Shown: positions 28,778 through 42,115 of the stretch, piece by piece
How the letters are laid out: every line of letters starts with the position of its first letter
Position numbering within the stretch: position 1 is the first letter of the stretch
Source of the DNA: Eledone cirrhosa
Lineage: Eukaryota
Assembly (NCBI GenBank): GCA_964016885.1
Contig: OZ024741.1
Span: 27,900,001 to 27,964,000 of the forward strand
DNA length: 64,000 nucleotides
Direction of reading: 5' to 3'
Made by a program: the position numbers and the translations under genes
Notes under the pieces: generated by a model
Seen by the model: only the letters and a program-made list of their open reading frames with translations
The model's database searches: none
Told to the model about the DNA's origin: nothing

Positions 28778-29584
28778 ATGTATGTGTCCCGAGTGCCTAT
28801 CTACTATATCATGGTTTATCTAGCTAGATATTAGGAAGAGGCTATGTAACCGGTCCCGGTAAAAGAAACTGCCAGGCTATGTAGCCGGTAAGAGTGTCAC
28901 ACACCATCAGTTGTGGCATTTTACGGTCTGTGTTAAAATCTTTTCCACCATCAATTGTTAAAAAACAAGTTAAAATCACTTAGTCATCCAGTCGTAACGT
29001 ACTTTTACGCTTTAGTTACATACACACATCTACACGTAAATACACAAAGAGATAGAGACAACAGAAGTGCACACCCACATATATACACGTAAATACATAA
29101 ACAGATACAGACAATAGAAGTGCAAACCCACACATCTACTCATACATATTCATAAATAGACACATTATCTATTCGTAGGTCGGACGCCATGCTTTCCAGC
29201 ATAGTTACGTCCCTTTACGATCTGAGTTCAAATCCCGCCGAGGTTGACTTTGCCTTTCATCCTTACAGGGTCGATAAAATAAAGTACCAGTAATGAACTG
29301 GATGATTGCTGGCCTTGTGCCTAAAGTAGAAACAATTATCTATTCGTAGATATTACACAAGAATATATCTACTATATCAGAGTTTATCTAGCTGCATGTT
29401 ATACACACACACATTCACTAATATCATTCTTTAGGCAGGATTCACTGCTTGCTGAGACGCAAACTTTCACTTTTGACAGACAATAAGAAACCAGTGCCAA
29501 TTCTTTAATGAAGATGGTTTGTTTTAATAAATGTTTCTATATTAATTTAGTTTAATACTGAGAACTCGATAATTAAGGTAACTA

Positions 29585-30060
29585 GTGATGCTCGTGAGGG
29601 CGCTTGGTTGTTCCAGCGCATCGGTCTCGCCATCAACCTGGGTAACGCTGCGAGGGTACTGGCTTGCCTCAAAAATTATTAGAGAAGTTTCCCAATGTTC
29701 CCCGCGATACTGTTATCTTTTGCTCCGGCAGCGGTTCGTTTGTCCACCCCTTTCGTCTCGTCTCCCTTTTGTTGTGTGTGGTCCTTCGAGACGTTCGGTG
29801 GAGTTGGGCCGCTGACAGTGAAGTTCTGGTGGCTCACCATACTGAGGTGTCAAGTGATGCCCGTGAAGGTGCTTGGTTATTTCAGTGCCTTAGCCTCGCC
29901 ATCACCAGTGGTAATGTTGCGAGAGTACTGGCTTGCGTCAAGTGTGTAGTTAACTCTTAAGGTGTGAGGTGCGTCCGATTATCGCACTTGGTGGTGAATT
30001 GCACCCCCCCCCTTTTTTTTCTTTCTTTTATTATTATTGTTCAATGAATTTATATCATTA
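29585..30060 (+). mobile_element. Two stacked CRE-like 3' fragments
   Basis: WLFQRIGLAINLGNAARVLAC followed by SFETFGGVGP...REGAWLFQCLSLAITSGNVARVLAC. Confidence 0.7.
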
Positions 30061-32819
30061 TATTTTTACACGGGCCGTGAATTGGCAGTATCGGTAGAGG
30101 GTCGGACACCATGCTTTCCAGCATAGTTACGTCCCTTCACGGTCTGAGTTCAAATCCAGTTACGTCCCTTTACGGTCTGAGTTCAAATCCCGTCGAGGTT
30201 AACTTTGCCTTTCATCCTTACGGGGTCGATAATATAAAGTACCAGTAATGTACTGGGTAATCGCTGGCCTTGTGCCAAAAAGTAGAAACAATTATATTTT
30301 TATACACGGTTTCAACATATTTGTAATGTCCTTCTGAACGAATCGCGAGCATTTGTAATGTTATTAATGTATATTTGCAATGTTATTCTACTGTAAATTT
30401 ATACAATTGTAAAAAAAAGAAATAAATAAATGTATTACCTGCTTTGTACATATTATACGTGTTTGTTTCCGTTCAGTAACCATTGGCAGTATCGGTAGAG
30501 GGTCGGACGCCATGCTTTCAAGCATAGTTACGTTCCTTTACGATATGAGTTCAAATCCCCCCGAGGTTGACTTTGCCTTTCATCCTTACGGGGTCGATAA
30601 AATAAAGTACCAGTAATGCACTGTGTAATTGCTGGCCTTGTGCCTAAAGTAGAAACAATTATATTATTATATTTTTTGTACAACTGTGAATAAAATTTGA
30701 AATCCAAGTGACACTAAAACAATCTCTGTGATTAACAATACCTCAAAGTTCATTATCATTTCACGTCCTCTTTTCATGTTAGTGTCGGCTGGATTGTTTG
30801 ACAGAGTTCACGGCTTGACCCGTTAGAGATATCTCATGCTCATAAGTTCCATATATAAGTCATTTGTTAGTAATATATGTCTATTTGGGAGTGTTCGGTG
30901 AAATAAATTATTTGTTGTATTGATTTGTAAATGTAAATTTCCAAGCCTTTGGAGTAAACGTTACTTGATAATATGCGTAGCTTGTAGATGAGGGAGACGC
31001 TACAGGTAGAGCAGCCAATTTTCCGAATCAGATCACGACTCTGGTACTACGAATGTGTGTTTACAACGTATAAGGAAAGAGTCACCAGAGAGATTTTACG
31101 GGTAAAGCCAACCAACAGGAGACCCAAGGCTAGACCAGAAGCAGTTCGGTACACTTCTTGATAGAGTAAATATGTAAACTACTGCTTTTTTACAGACCCC
31201 ATGGGGGTCTTGCAGACTCTTACTAACTTTCCTGGTGTTACAGACTCTTACTCTCTCTCTCTTTCACTCAATCTCTATCTCTTAGTCTCTCTCTTAATCA
31301 AGCCAGTGAAGTTCATGAAGTTTTCTTGGTAAATACAATTTAATTCTACTTTTACAAACAAACAAATAACGTCCATAATTCTTGTGTATTTTTCGTATAG
31401 GTTCGGCGTAAGCTATTTTCAATAAATTAATAATATAGCGGTTTGGTGTCATCGTGGTTCATTTATATATATTTATTTTCTGTGTGATCAAGGAACTATC
31501 ACATCATCATTTTAATGAACATTTACTCACTTACCTTCACACATGCAACCTCTAATCACACTATCACACAACAGTGACCACACAACACAGCAAGCTACAA
31601 GTGAGCACACATGCAACAAATGAATCAACACCACAAAACAATCACGACCACCAAATCATCGCTATAGATCAGTTTGGAGACGGCTTCTTCTGATAGAACC
31701 CTCTTCTATGTCCGAATATTGAGGTTATGGTTTAGATGTTCAGTGGTATGATGAAAGATATAATAAGAGTGAAAATGTAACTTTTCTTTCTTCATATAGT
31801 ATAGGTTATATGTTTGCGTGAGAGTAGGGTGAAGTTGAGGTAAATTTGACTGTTGTTTCTATGAGGTCGATTAATTACATGTATGATATTCGGTTGAGTG
31901 TATATTGTTAGTGAAGTATAAAAGCTAAGAGTGAATTGAAGTGTAATAGGAATGATGAAAGTGTGTAGAAATAGTAGGCAAGAGATCCTGAAATATGTTA
32001 GTCTATTGTAAGAGGAAGAGAGTGGATAATGTGGAAGAGCGTTGATGATAGGCCGGCCTGGTGAGTAAGATTTGAGAATAGAGAAAAGTGTTAGATTAGG
32101 TTGGTATAAATAGGAGAATGTTACCTAAAGGAATTGGCAGTAGAAATAAATAAGGAAGGGTAGGTTATATGAGAGAAAGATAAGTGGAGAGTGTAAAACA
32201 AAGGTTCTCAAAATGGGCGTTACTGCCTCCCGGGGGGCATTGAGAAGGTCCAGGGCGTGGTGGTTGGAGTCAAATGAGGTAGTGGAGGGCAGTAGAGATG
32301 ATATAATATTATATTAAATATCAAATGATAATTATATATAAATATAGTAAAATAAAAAAATATATAATACAGATTTATACATAGTATACATATATTATTT
32401 ATTATATATAAATTAACAATTTTATTTGTTATATACTATTTACAATTTATGTGTAGGCAGGTCTCTCTTGAAATAGAGGTGGGAGCGCTAAGGGTATTAC
32501 GTGGCCTTGAGGGGGGCGGTGGTCCCAAAAGTCTGAGCACCTCTGGTATAGACTCTCTGCTCTCCGAGTTTAAATCCCGCCGAAGTCAACTTTGTCTTTC
32601 ATCCATTCGAGGTAGATAAAGAAAGTACCAGTCAAGTACTGCGGTCGATCTTCCTCTATATTTCTTTCTTACTCCCATTCTATCTATCCTTCTCGAGAAG
32701 AAATCTGCTGTATTCACATCTGTAGAGAAGATGGGCTCGGCCAGATTTTAAAATGCCGTATGTCAATACAGCGCCCCTACGACTCTTTCAGGAGTTACTA
32801 GATCAAGCCATGCCATGCA

Positions 32820-33304
32820 TCAACTAATCGAACCTCCGAACATGCCGCAAAGGACCCCTGAAAAAAAAAATGGAGGGGGAGGGGTTGAACTTATCTTTCA
32901 CCACCGGAGTTTTTTTTTTTCGTGATTTATTTTTCATTTTTTAGTTAATTGTATTTTACGACAAATGCCGGAAGGGTTAAGGGTATGGTTTAGGGATTAG
33001 GGTTAGGGTTAGCGTGTTTGGAGGTCAGATACGATGATAACCCACGAAAAAAAGTTTCCCACCAAACGCGAGAGGAGTGCAGATCTGCGAAACTCCGAGG
33101 TTCTTCCTCCCTTTCATTCTGCTTTTTCTACAAAGTTGGTCGTTTCCGACTGGTTTGGGACGTCAGATTCGTTGATAACAAAAAAAAAAAGAAGAAAACT
33201 GTAGACGGGCGGGCGCATCGTGATGTCTAAGGCAAGGATCCTTTCTTCTGTTTCTCAGGAAAGAAATAGTCAATTGCGGCATGTTCGGAGGTCAGATTAG
33301 TTGA
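32820..33304. mobile_element. Non-autonomous TIR element (31-bp TIRs) with internal degenerate (TTAGGG)n
   Basis: tcaactaatcgaacctccgaacatgccgcaa (32820-32850) vs ttgcggcatgttcggaggtcagattagttga (33274-33304), 2 mismatches; gggttaagggtatggtttagggattagggttagggttag at ~32973-33011. Confidence 0.7.
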
Positions 33305-34282
33305 CAGCACACGAAAATAAAGCGAGGAAAATATAATTATTTCCCATTGAAATCGAAAGTGTTGTTCTATAAATTTACCAAAGTTCCAGTGTTTATCTTT
33401 CTATCTCAATAGCTACTCCCGGGTCTCGAATAATGTCCCCTCCCACTCCTCTCTTATCAAATTTTGCTAATCTATCTCCAGCGAAATTTGTTTTAAGTGG
33501 TAGCATTCCTGCGACAATTAATTTTCTTTATACATTAAAAAACATACATGACAGAAAAAGTTCATTACTAGAAATTCCATACGTTATAAAATAAAAAGGA
33601 TGGGTCTAAGTATGTAAACTAAACGACTAATTCTGTTTTTTTTTTAAATCAACGGAGACAACCTAGAAAAATTACCCCCACCCCCTATTATTTGGGACTC
33701 GAGATTACATAGACTCTAGCTCCGCCGATTACGATAAAAATTCCAGTAGTTCGATCAACGGAACAGCCTACTAGTGAATTTAACGTGAAAGTGGCTGAGC
33801 ATTCCATAGACACGTGTACCCTTAACGTAATTCTCAGGGAGATTAAGCGCGACAGTGTGTGATAAGGCTGACTCTTTGAATTACAAGTAGAGTCCATCTG
33901 ACCGGCTTCCTAACAGTTTTTTTTCATCTACCAAATTCCACTCACAAAACATGGGTCGTTCCGCATGCCCATGATGCTATGTTGTGTGATCGAACCCGAG
34001 ACTTAATTATTGTGAAACAAATTCCTAAACTATTCTGCTATGCTGTGTCTCGCTTACGATCCGAATCAGTTTGACGAATCTATGAAACTAGTACACGACT
34101 TGCCGCCAGTTCGTAATTCAATAGCATTTCCCGCTATTTTCCCAACAGAAACACGTGAACATGATTTTATGCACGGAGACAACAATGAAAAAGCGCGTTA
34201 CCTCACACATTATCTTTTAACAATCATAAAAAAAATATATATCAAGTCAGTGGATTCGATTTTAGACTTCATTAACTGTCTC

Positions 34283-34297
34283 TGATTACCTCCCTTG
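34283..34297 (+). promoter_or_regulatory. Candidate distal element TGATTACCTCCCTTG of U1 copy 3
   Basis: At -260..-246; the identical 15-mer precedes copy 4. Confidence 0.72.
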
Positions 34298-34482
34298 TTC
34301 AAGATAAAATATTTACGATTAACTTAAAAAAGATTATAATTGAAGACTTTAAATTCTACAATGGCAAATAAAATTATTGTTTGAATAAAATTATTATTGG
34401 AAATAATGATTTAATTGAAAATAATTAAAAGTAATTTAACTAAAGTTTTAGAAAATTATTATTTTGAAAAGTATTTAGTTGT

Positions 34483-34491
34483 AAAATCAGT
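34483..34491 (+). promoter_or_regulatory. Candidate PSE core AAAATCAGT of U1 copy 3
   Basis: At -60..-52 from the U1 +1. Confidence 0.75.
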
Positions 34492-34542
34492 GATTGTAAA
34501 AGAAAATAAATGTATATAATGTGTGGAGCTATATGAGCAAGC

Positions 34543-34705
34543 ATACTTACCTGGCACAGGGGTTAACCATGATCAGCTAGGTGGTTCCCCCAAAGTGAGG
34601 CCCTTCCATTGCACTCCGGTTGGGTTGACCTTTGCGATCGCCCCAAATGTGGGCGACTCGGGTGCGCTATTTCTAAGTGTGGGGTCTGCGTTCGCGCTCA
34701 CCCCG
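34543..34705 (+). ncRNA. U1: U1 snRNA gene, copy 3 (variant type, two substitutions vs the other copies)
   Basis: ATACTTACCTGG...CACCCCG; differs from the others at 34588 (C vs T) and 34593 (A vs G). Confidence 0.97.
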
Positions 34706-34726
34706 TAAAATAAACAAAAATCAGAA
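34706..34726 (+). terminator. snRNA 3' box-like element
   Basis: TAAAATRAMCAAARAWCAGA follows all four U1 copies and resembles the AAARNNAGA part of the metazoan 3' box. Confidence 0.65.
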
Positions 34727-37258
34727 CTAATCCACTTACATCCTTATTCATATGCCTCACTTTTTACATTCTTTATTATAATGTTGTGTAAGATAACATA
34801 ACGAATGTTATTATCTTAAAAAGGATTAGAGTGAGGTTGCGGTGACGTTAGTTGAAATAATAATTTCTCTTATTCCTATTATTTATACAACTGTGATAAA
34901 GTTACTTTCTCGGATAGAATTATATAAAAACAATTTAATATTTAGTCAAAGAAAACGGAAGTATCACTGCCAAAAGAAAGGGGTGAGTGGTGTTCTGACG
35001 CGATTTTGATTCTATATTTTTAAGTGAAATATTGATGTAATTCATCATCATGGTCCCTTAACTCTTTTCGGGGTCGTTGCACCATCTGCCTCAATTTCTG
35101 GCAGCCATAGGCGAGTGTTTGGGTTATTATTATCAACGTCCCTTTACGGTCTGAGTTCAAATCCCGCCGAGGTTAACTTTGCCTTTCATCCTTACGGGGT
35201 CGATAAAATAAAGTACCAGTAATGTATTGGCTAATTGATGGCCTTGTGCCAAAAGTAGAAAATTATTATCAAATACCGTATATAGTGTGTATACTTTCGT
35301 TATGGAAGAATTATATATAAATTATGTAAATGCAGGGTTATGATGAAGAAGCGTTGAACTTAAATATTTTCCATGCGTCTTTTGTTTAGAACCAGGTAAA
35401 ACCTGATCGAATTTTACACAGACATGTGACGGAATTAACAGTGAGTTGACGATCGAATTTGACCCCCTTTCGATTGATTTATCAAACTAGCTCGCTGCTA
35501 TTCGGGACAGAGTCGACCACTCGACTGATTCGTGCTATTAACGTTGGTCACTATATATAAACACAAGCTGAAAGGATGATTTCATAAGAAATTGTTAATT
35601 AGAAATAGCAGCCAAGCGATCATATCCTTAATACATAAACAGAAAGCTTAATTTTGTTTTAAATCATTTTAATTCGATCTTAGTAAAGGAAACACTTTCC
35701 AGAGGCAAATATATCATCAACATCAAAATATTTTAGTTGTGGAGTTCATGAAGAAGTTTTTAATATTTCCTTTAAAAGTGCCTAATTCTTTCGTTACCGT
35801 ATTTCTAATAAATTCAATTAATTTTGAAAATAATCAAATATTTGGAAGAATTTAATAAAATAAATAAGTTCTTCAATAGTAAGCAAATATTGAGAACTTC
35901 GCAAATATCTCTAAAATAAAATTATGATTTTACTATAAAATGACATTTTATTCAGTTATATAAATAACATTACAAATTGTTCGCAGTTCTTTCAGAATGA
36001 AAATATAAACACATAATTAAATACAATTAACTATTGCTAAGGACCTCCCGAATATAACTTTCCATTTTTTGTTTCCCCTTTCCCTTTTCATATTTGTTTG
36101 TGCTTTCGTTCATTGTATTACTATTTTTTTTTAATACAACAGTGAATAAAAGTCTTTTATCCAAGTACCCACCAAAATATACAATCAAAGCAAGGGAAAG
36201 AAAAAAATAAGGGGGAAAACAGAAACAAAAAAAATGAACAGTTTAATATCGTAGAACCAGGGGCGGTTTGGTAACGAAAGGACAAGAAAACATGGCGAGA
36301 ATTAACAGAAATTATTGCTAAGTGGATTGGCAGTACCGGTAGAAAGTCGGACACCATGCTTTGCAGCATAGAGTTACGGCCCTTTGCGGTCTGAGTTCAA
36401 ATCCCGCCAAGGTTAACTTTGCGGGATAGTTATTCTTACGGGGTCGATATAATAAAGCACCAGTAACGTACTGATCTCGATTTTATCGACTTTCCCCTCC
36501 CCCAAATTACTGGCCTTGTGCCTATACTAGAAATCATTATTGCTAGGAATGTTAGTTACAGATGCAAAATTTTGGGGGTAATAATAATTGTTCATACTTT
36601 TGGCACAAGGTCAGCGATTTGAAAAGAAGGGGAAAGTCGATTAAACTGACCGCAGTACATAACTGGTATTTTATCAACCTCGTATGAATGAAAAGCAAAG
36701 CTAAATCGATGAGATTTGAACTCAGAATGGAACAAATTAGTAAAAAATTAGATTCTGCTAATCCAGCGCCACATAATAATCTCTACTAATAAATGCGAAT
36801 TTTTGTGACCGTGTGCCTTTCTGGCTTCTACAAATAGAACTACTATACTAAAAATTTCTGTTGGCCCTTGTGATGTGCGGTCGATTGTCGCATTTGGTGG
36901 TGAATTGATCGTTTTTGTTTTTCTTTCTCTCGCTTTGATCGCATATTTTGGTGCGTAGTATTTGTGACGTTCACAAGTTAATTGTATTTATTATATATGT
37001 TTATATTTTCATTCTGAAAGACTTGTGAACAGTTTGTAATGTTGTTCATACAACTGTGAATAAATATGATTAAACTACTACTATTTAAGTAAATAAACAA
37101 AAAAAATCAAATATGTTGTTACAAAGTTCCTATCATTTGTACATCAAATATGTAAGTTTACTTTTTCTATATATTCATATACATTGATAGATTAACAGTA
37201 GTACTGGTATAGCGTGATTCATAATAAAGGTGTATATGAAGGCATATACGATTTGTTT

Positions 37259-37555
37259 CTGCTGGGTTCAATATAATCGATTTTGCTGCTTTTGTACCTA
37301 AATTAGAACCATTGTATGTACCAGAAATGCCGCTCTGTGTTTTTGTAATGCATATTTCGTAATGTATCTGGCGCACAGCTTCAAAAACTCACAGCGTGGT
37401 TATGTATAATAAACATAACCACGCTGTGCGCCAGATACATTACGAAATATGCATTACAAAAACACAGAGCGGCATTTCTGGTACATACAATGGTTCTAAT
37501 TTAGGTATAAAATCAGCAATATTGAGAGGAAAGTCAATTATATTGAACCCAGCAG
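37259..37555. repeat. Long hairpin: perfect 85-bp arms (37295-37379 / 37423-37507) with an inner 16-bp hairpin
   Basis: Direct complementarity; inner stem cacagcgtggttatgt (37390-37405) / acataaccacgctgtg (37413-37428); outer 19-bp stem 37259-37277 / 37537-37555. Confidence 0.9.
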
Positions 37556-37972
37556 GATAAAAAGCAAAGTTAACATCGACACGATGTGAAACAGTCCTTA
37601 AACAAATATCTTATAAATTTAACGCACATGCAAGTAAGCGAAGTGCTCTCCCTTGACGCATTCTTTAGCTTGGTGCTGCGTTACCGTGGCGTTCTTAGTG
37701 ATGCATAAATTTTCTCATTTATTTTTTCGTTGCCATCATAAAGAAACATGTGCGCTTAGATCAATTATTGTAAGGCCTCCTTAACTTTATTTCTCATATA
37801 GTACAACGCTTATTTATGACCAGATACTCGTCCTTCGGTAAACACATTTATTTTATACAGAATTTTAAACATAAGTTTGTGTGTGTTTTATCTGAGCTTT
37901 GTCTATTTCTGTTGATTCATGTGTGGGTTAGTGCGTATGTGTGTGTTATGTCTCACTGGACCAGTGTGTGTG

Positions 37973-38039
<67 letters not shown>

Positions 38040-38738
38040 GGTTAGTGCGTATGTGTGTGTTATTATGTCTCTATGGACCAGTGTGTGTATCATATATATA
38101 TATATATATGTGTGTGCTTATGAGTCAATGGATGTGTTCGTGCGTATGGCCTAATATGTGTATGTGTATGCGGGTATGCATGTGTTCGTGTCTTCCGACA
38201 AAAACAATTCATTTAATGTTAATATGTTGACTGTCAGTTGAGTTTTTTTTTACCGTGTTTTCCTGCGTGTAAGATAATTTTTTTCAAATCCCAAAATGTT
38301 GCCCAAATCTTTCTGTACTCTATACACCGAGACTATAATACACCTATGAATATAACAATTATAATATACTATATAAATAGAGCTGCTTACATGTTGTTCC
38401 CGTTTTCTTTCTTATATTTCTTTCTTCTATCTTCCTATTTCTTCTTCCCTCTCTCCCAAACACCGTCTCTTTTTTTCATTCTATGTTCCGATGAAAGATT
38501 AACATCCGAGACATTTAGATTTTTTTCCCCGACAATATGAAGCGTTGACCTAATCATTATTGTATTGTTCACTCGTTTTTTCCCTTGTTGACTTTTCTTA
38601 AGTATGTATGTTTATTTATATGTATGTATATATATTTATATGTATTCCAATATATATGTATGCATATATATGTATGTATATGTTTTTATGTGTGTGTATA
38701 TTTATATGTATGTATGCATATGAATGTATATGTTTGTA

Positions 38739-38773
<35 letters not shown>

Positions 38774-38820
38774 CATCATCATCATTTTATGTCTGCTTTT
38801 CCCTGCTTGCAAGGATGGGA

Positions 38821-38916
<96 letters not shown>

Positions 38917-39539
38917 TATATATGTACGTGTGTCTATACTATAAGTAAAGCTGAATATTATCCTTCTTTTCCCTAAACTGTAATATTCAAAATAAGATTG
39001 CAACTTATATTCCATTTTATTTTGGAATCAGTTTCATAAAAAAACAAAATACTGATATCATCGTTTATCTATCTTCCATGCTATTCATTTAATTTATTTG
39101 GAAACTACATAATTTGATAAGACTCAATATTAATTATTCTGAGTACAATCTCTTGTTTTGTTTTATGAATCCCCAGAGGAACGAAAGGTTACATTGAAAG
39201 TGGCCAATACAATGATAGTAATTAGTTATGTTGTTTTCTTTAGTATGAAAATAAAGTCCAAAGTATGTCTCAAGCCTCCTGGCTTGAGACATACTTTGGT
39301 GCTTATCCCAGTTTTGTGGTGTGAAGTGACAGAGAAAGACTCCCCCCTTGGATATGACGCTAGTCTATCACATGTTTTGTAGTGTGAAGTGACATGAACA
39401 AGTCCCCCCCCCCTTGGATATGAAGGCTACTTCTGACAGGACCTGCTGGAAGGAGTGTTTGAGGGCTCTGTCCCACTACCCTCTCAGGGATAAGTGAGTG
39501 AAGAAGAAAAGACCAACATACAACATTACCAGAGAGGGC

Positions 39540-40060
39540 AGAAGACATGCACAATCAGTCACATGCCATGGCAAGAGTGCTGTAATAATTTGAGGCAAAC
39601 CAACACACAATATTGCCACAGGTGATAGTGAAGCTAAAGTGTTGGAATAAGCAAGTGTTCTGATGGGCATCACCTGATTCATCTTTAAGACAAGCAGCTA
39701 ACGATGACAAGAACTTCAATATCAGTAGCCCTGCTTCATCAAACGTCTCAAACACTATAGGCTGAAAAATTACTGATCATTACTATTATTTTAGAATTTT
39801 ATTTCATTCAACTATGGATGTTGGGATATTCACGTTTAATGAGCATTCAGGTTGTAAGAAGCAGCAAAAGAATCGAGAACTGTGGAATCCCAAATAAGAC
39901 GTCTAGCTTTTAGCCAGGAGCAAAGGGTAAAAATCATCTGGCCCCTTACTATCATCCCTACACAATCTTGTTGGCTCCAGAATTGAAAGGGACATTGTTT
40001 CAAGCCAGGGCCCACATGGTAACTAGGTTCAGCTCGGTATGGCAAGTGAAGTGACCTGCG
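39540..40060 (-). mobile_element. Degenerate CRE-like retroelement fragment
   Basis: RLIWDSTVLDSFAASY and FETFDEAG...CLFQHFSFTITCGN motifs in adjacent frames. Confidence 0.6.
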
Positions 40061-41714
40061 TTAAAATAGAAAGACAACCCATGAAGACCTGATTCAACAA
40101 ACTCCCATGAATTACAGACTGTGTGATGTAGCTTAGAGTTGAAATGTTAGTTAAAATCTCATTTCATCTGAAACACAAAATGAAGATTGGTTTAGTGTTT
40201 ACTAAATTCCTTCTCTCAGTTTTATTTATGGCAAACTCCTCAATACTGGGTGTTTATTTTAGTTTTGAAAGAATCATATTTTACTATTTACATCATCATC
40301 ACCTTCGTTTAACGTCCATCTTCCACGCTAGCATGGGTTAGACGGGAGTTGTCCCACTTGAGGCAAGGTTGGTCGGGTGACCGTGTCTCGCTCATATAGG
40401 TCTATCTGGCAGGTTTTCTATGGCTGGATACCCTTCCTAACACCAACCACATTTACAGTGTGGAACTGGGAACTTTTTACCGTGTTACCTACATGGCCAC
40501 ATTACAGCGTAGACTGTTTTTTTGTTGTGACACCTACACGATCTCGATCTTATTATCTCATTTATTTGGACTGGATGTCATATAAACACAATTTATATAA
40601 GAAATATAATTGATAAAAAAGATATATCAATAAAAATTAGATAAAGATAGATTTAAAAAAATGGAAGAATAGATGCACACTCAACTACACATTACAACAG
40701 GGAATGCTGGTGTTTCGCTCTAAAAACTGTTGAGGCAAGCCAAGACACAGTGAGCATCAACTAAAACTAAGGTGAACTGCTAACAATAGAAGTGTTAAGC
40801 AGTTTAAGATAGAAATCTCTCAGTAAATAGGAAGCTGACACACTGCATTCGAAATAGATAAAATAGTTGTCAGTCGTCCAGGTTTTCTGCTGCAGTGAAC
40901 CTTATCTCCCACTGAGTTAAGTCTTCCTTATTACTGACATACAGGATCGGCGCTACTATTAAGGACAAGTAGGTAGCCGTCTAGGCTGCAGACCTCAGTG
41001 AGGCTCATTCCTGGACTTTAAAGAATCACTGTTTTAAACATATTTGTATAATTAAATTACATATCAATAAATAAAACGCTAATCATCTTTGCTGGCAGTG
41101 TTGCAGAGCTACCCAATGTAGCAGAGAGGGTCGTGTGGTGGTAGGCCTACATACTATAAACATATCAAGTGTATCACACTGATGCCAGTATTGTAATCTC
41201 GATATTTAATTCCTAATTTACTGTAACTAGTTCTGTATATTTGTTATTGTTGGGGATTGGTTTCTGAATTTCATTTCTCCAGAGTTAAAATAAATACCAG
41301 TAATATACTACGGTTAACAAATTATCTTCGATGAAAATCAACTTCGTGTATAGTTTGCAAAAATGAATTAACTAAAAGATCATTCGCAACATATTTGAAT
41401 TCATACTATTGTCAAATTACAAAAATAATGCAGGGCAAGGGAAATAACTCCAACCTAATTATCTAAATAGTATATATTTGGGGCGGGTCACGTTGTCCTA
41501 ATATTGCCCAAAATAGTAAAACGCATTCCCTATTTGATTTGGTTTTCGCTTCAGTATATTTAAAAAAAATATTTCTATGAATAATTTAGCTGGCAATCAA
41601 TATTTATTATTGATTGACCAACAGTTAAAAATATGAATATAGTTTCTCAAAGGATCACTATTTTATACATATTTATTTGTATATACTTTGCAATTCTAAT
41701 GTCAGAATAAGAAT

Positions 41715-42115
41715 AAAATCGGAACGTCAGCAGCCCGTCTGAAGAAGGAGCATCGCAATGTGGGGTGGCTGTTGCAGCACGTGTCGCTGGCCATTGTCCG
41801 CGGAAATGCCTTTGCAGTTTTGTCCGCGGGGTACAGCCGAAACACCGCCCCGACCTAGGCACAGAGTATGTCACCCTCTCCCATTCCCCTTCTCTTTCTC
41901 CCTTGTTCTTTCCCCCTTTTCTTCACATTTACGGCATTTATAGTCCTTTCCTCTAACTTCCTATATAACCAGATCTGCCCTTCTTTACTCTTTCCTCCTT
42001 GTTTTTTCATCACTTAATTTTTTAAAAATCTTTTTTTAAATATTTGTATAACTTCTGTTTGTAAAATATACTTGACATAATAAAACCATAGCTAACCTAA
42101 AAAAAAAAAAAAAAA
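41715..42115 (+). mobile_element. CRE-like retroelement 3' end with poly(A) tail (partial second copy at ~42430-42760)
   Basis: KIGTSAARLKKEHRNVGWLLQHVSLAIVRGNA, the same family as 26700-27330; A-run at 42099-42115. Confidence 0.75.

Noticed and set aside
34523-34708. 61-aa ORF MELYEQAYLPGTG...
   Set aside because: An incidental frame across the U1 snRNA gene.
40690-41160. Unique-looking moderate-GC segment as a coding exon or structured RNA
   Set aside because: No recognisable protein or RNA family motif by eye; would need BLAST or RNA-seq evidence.
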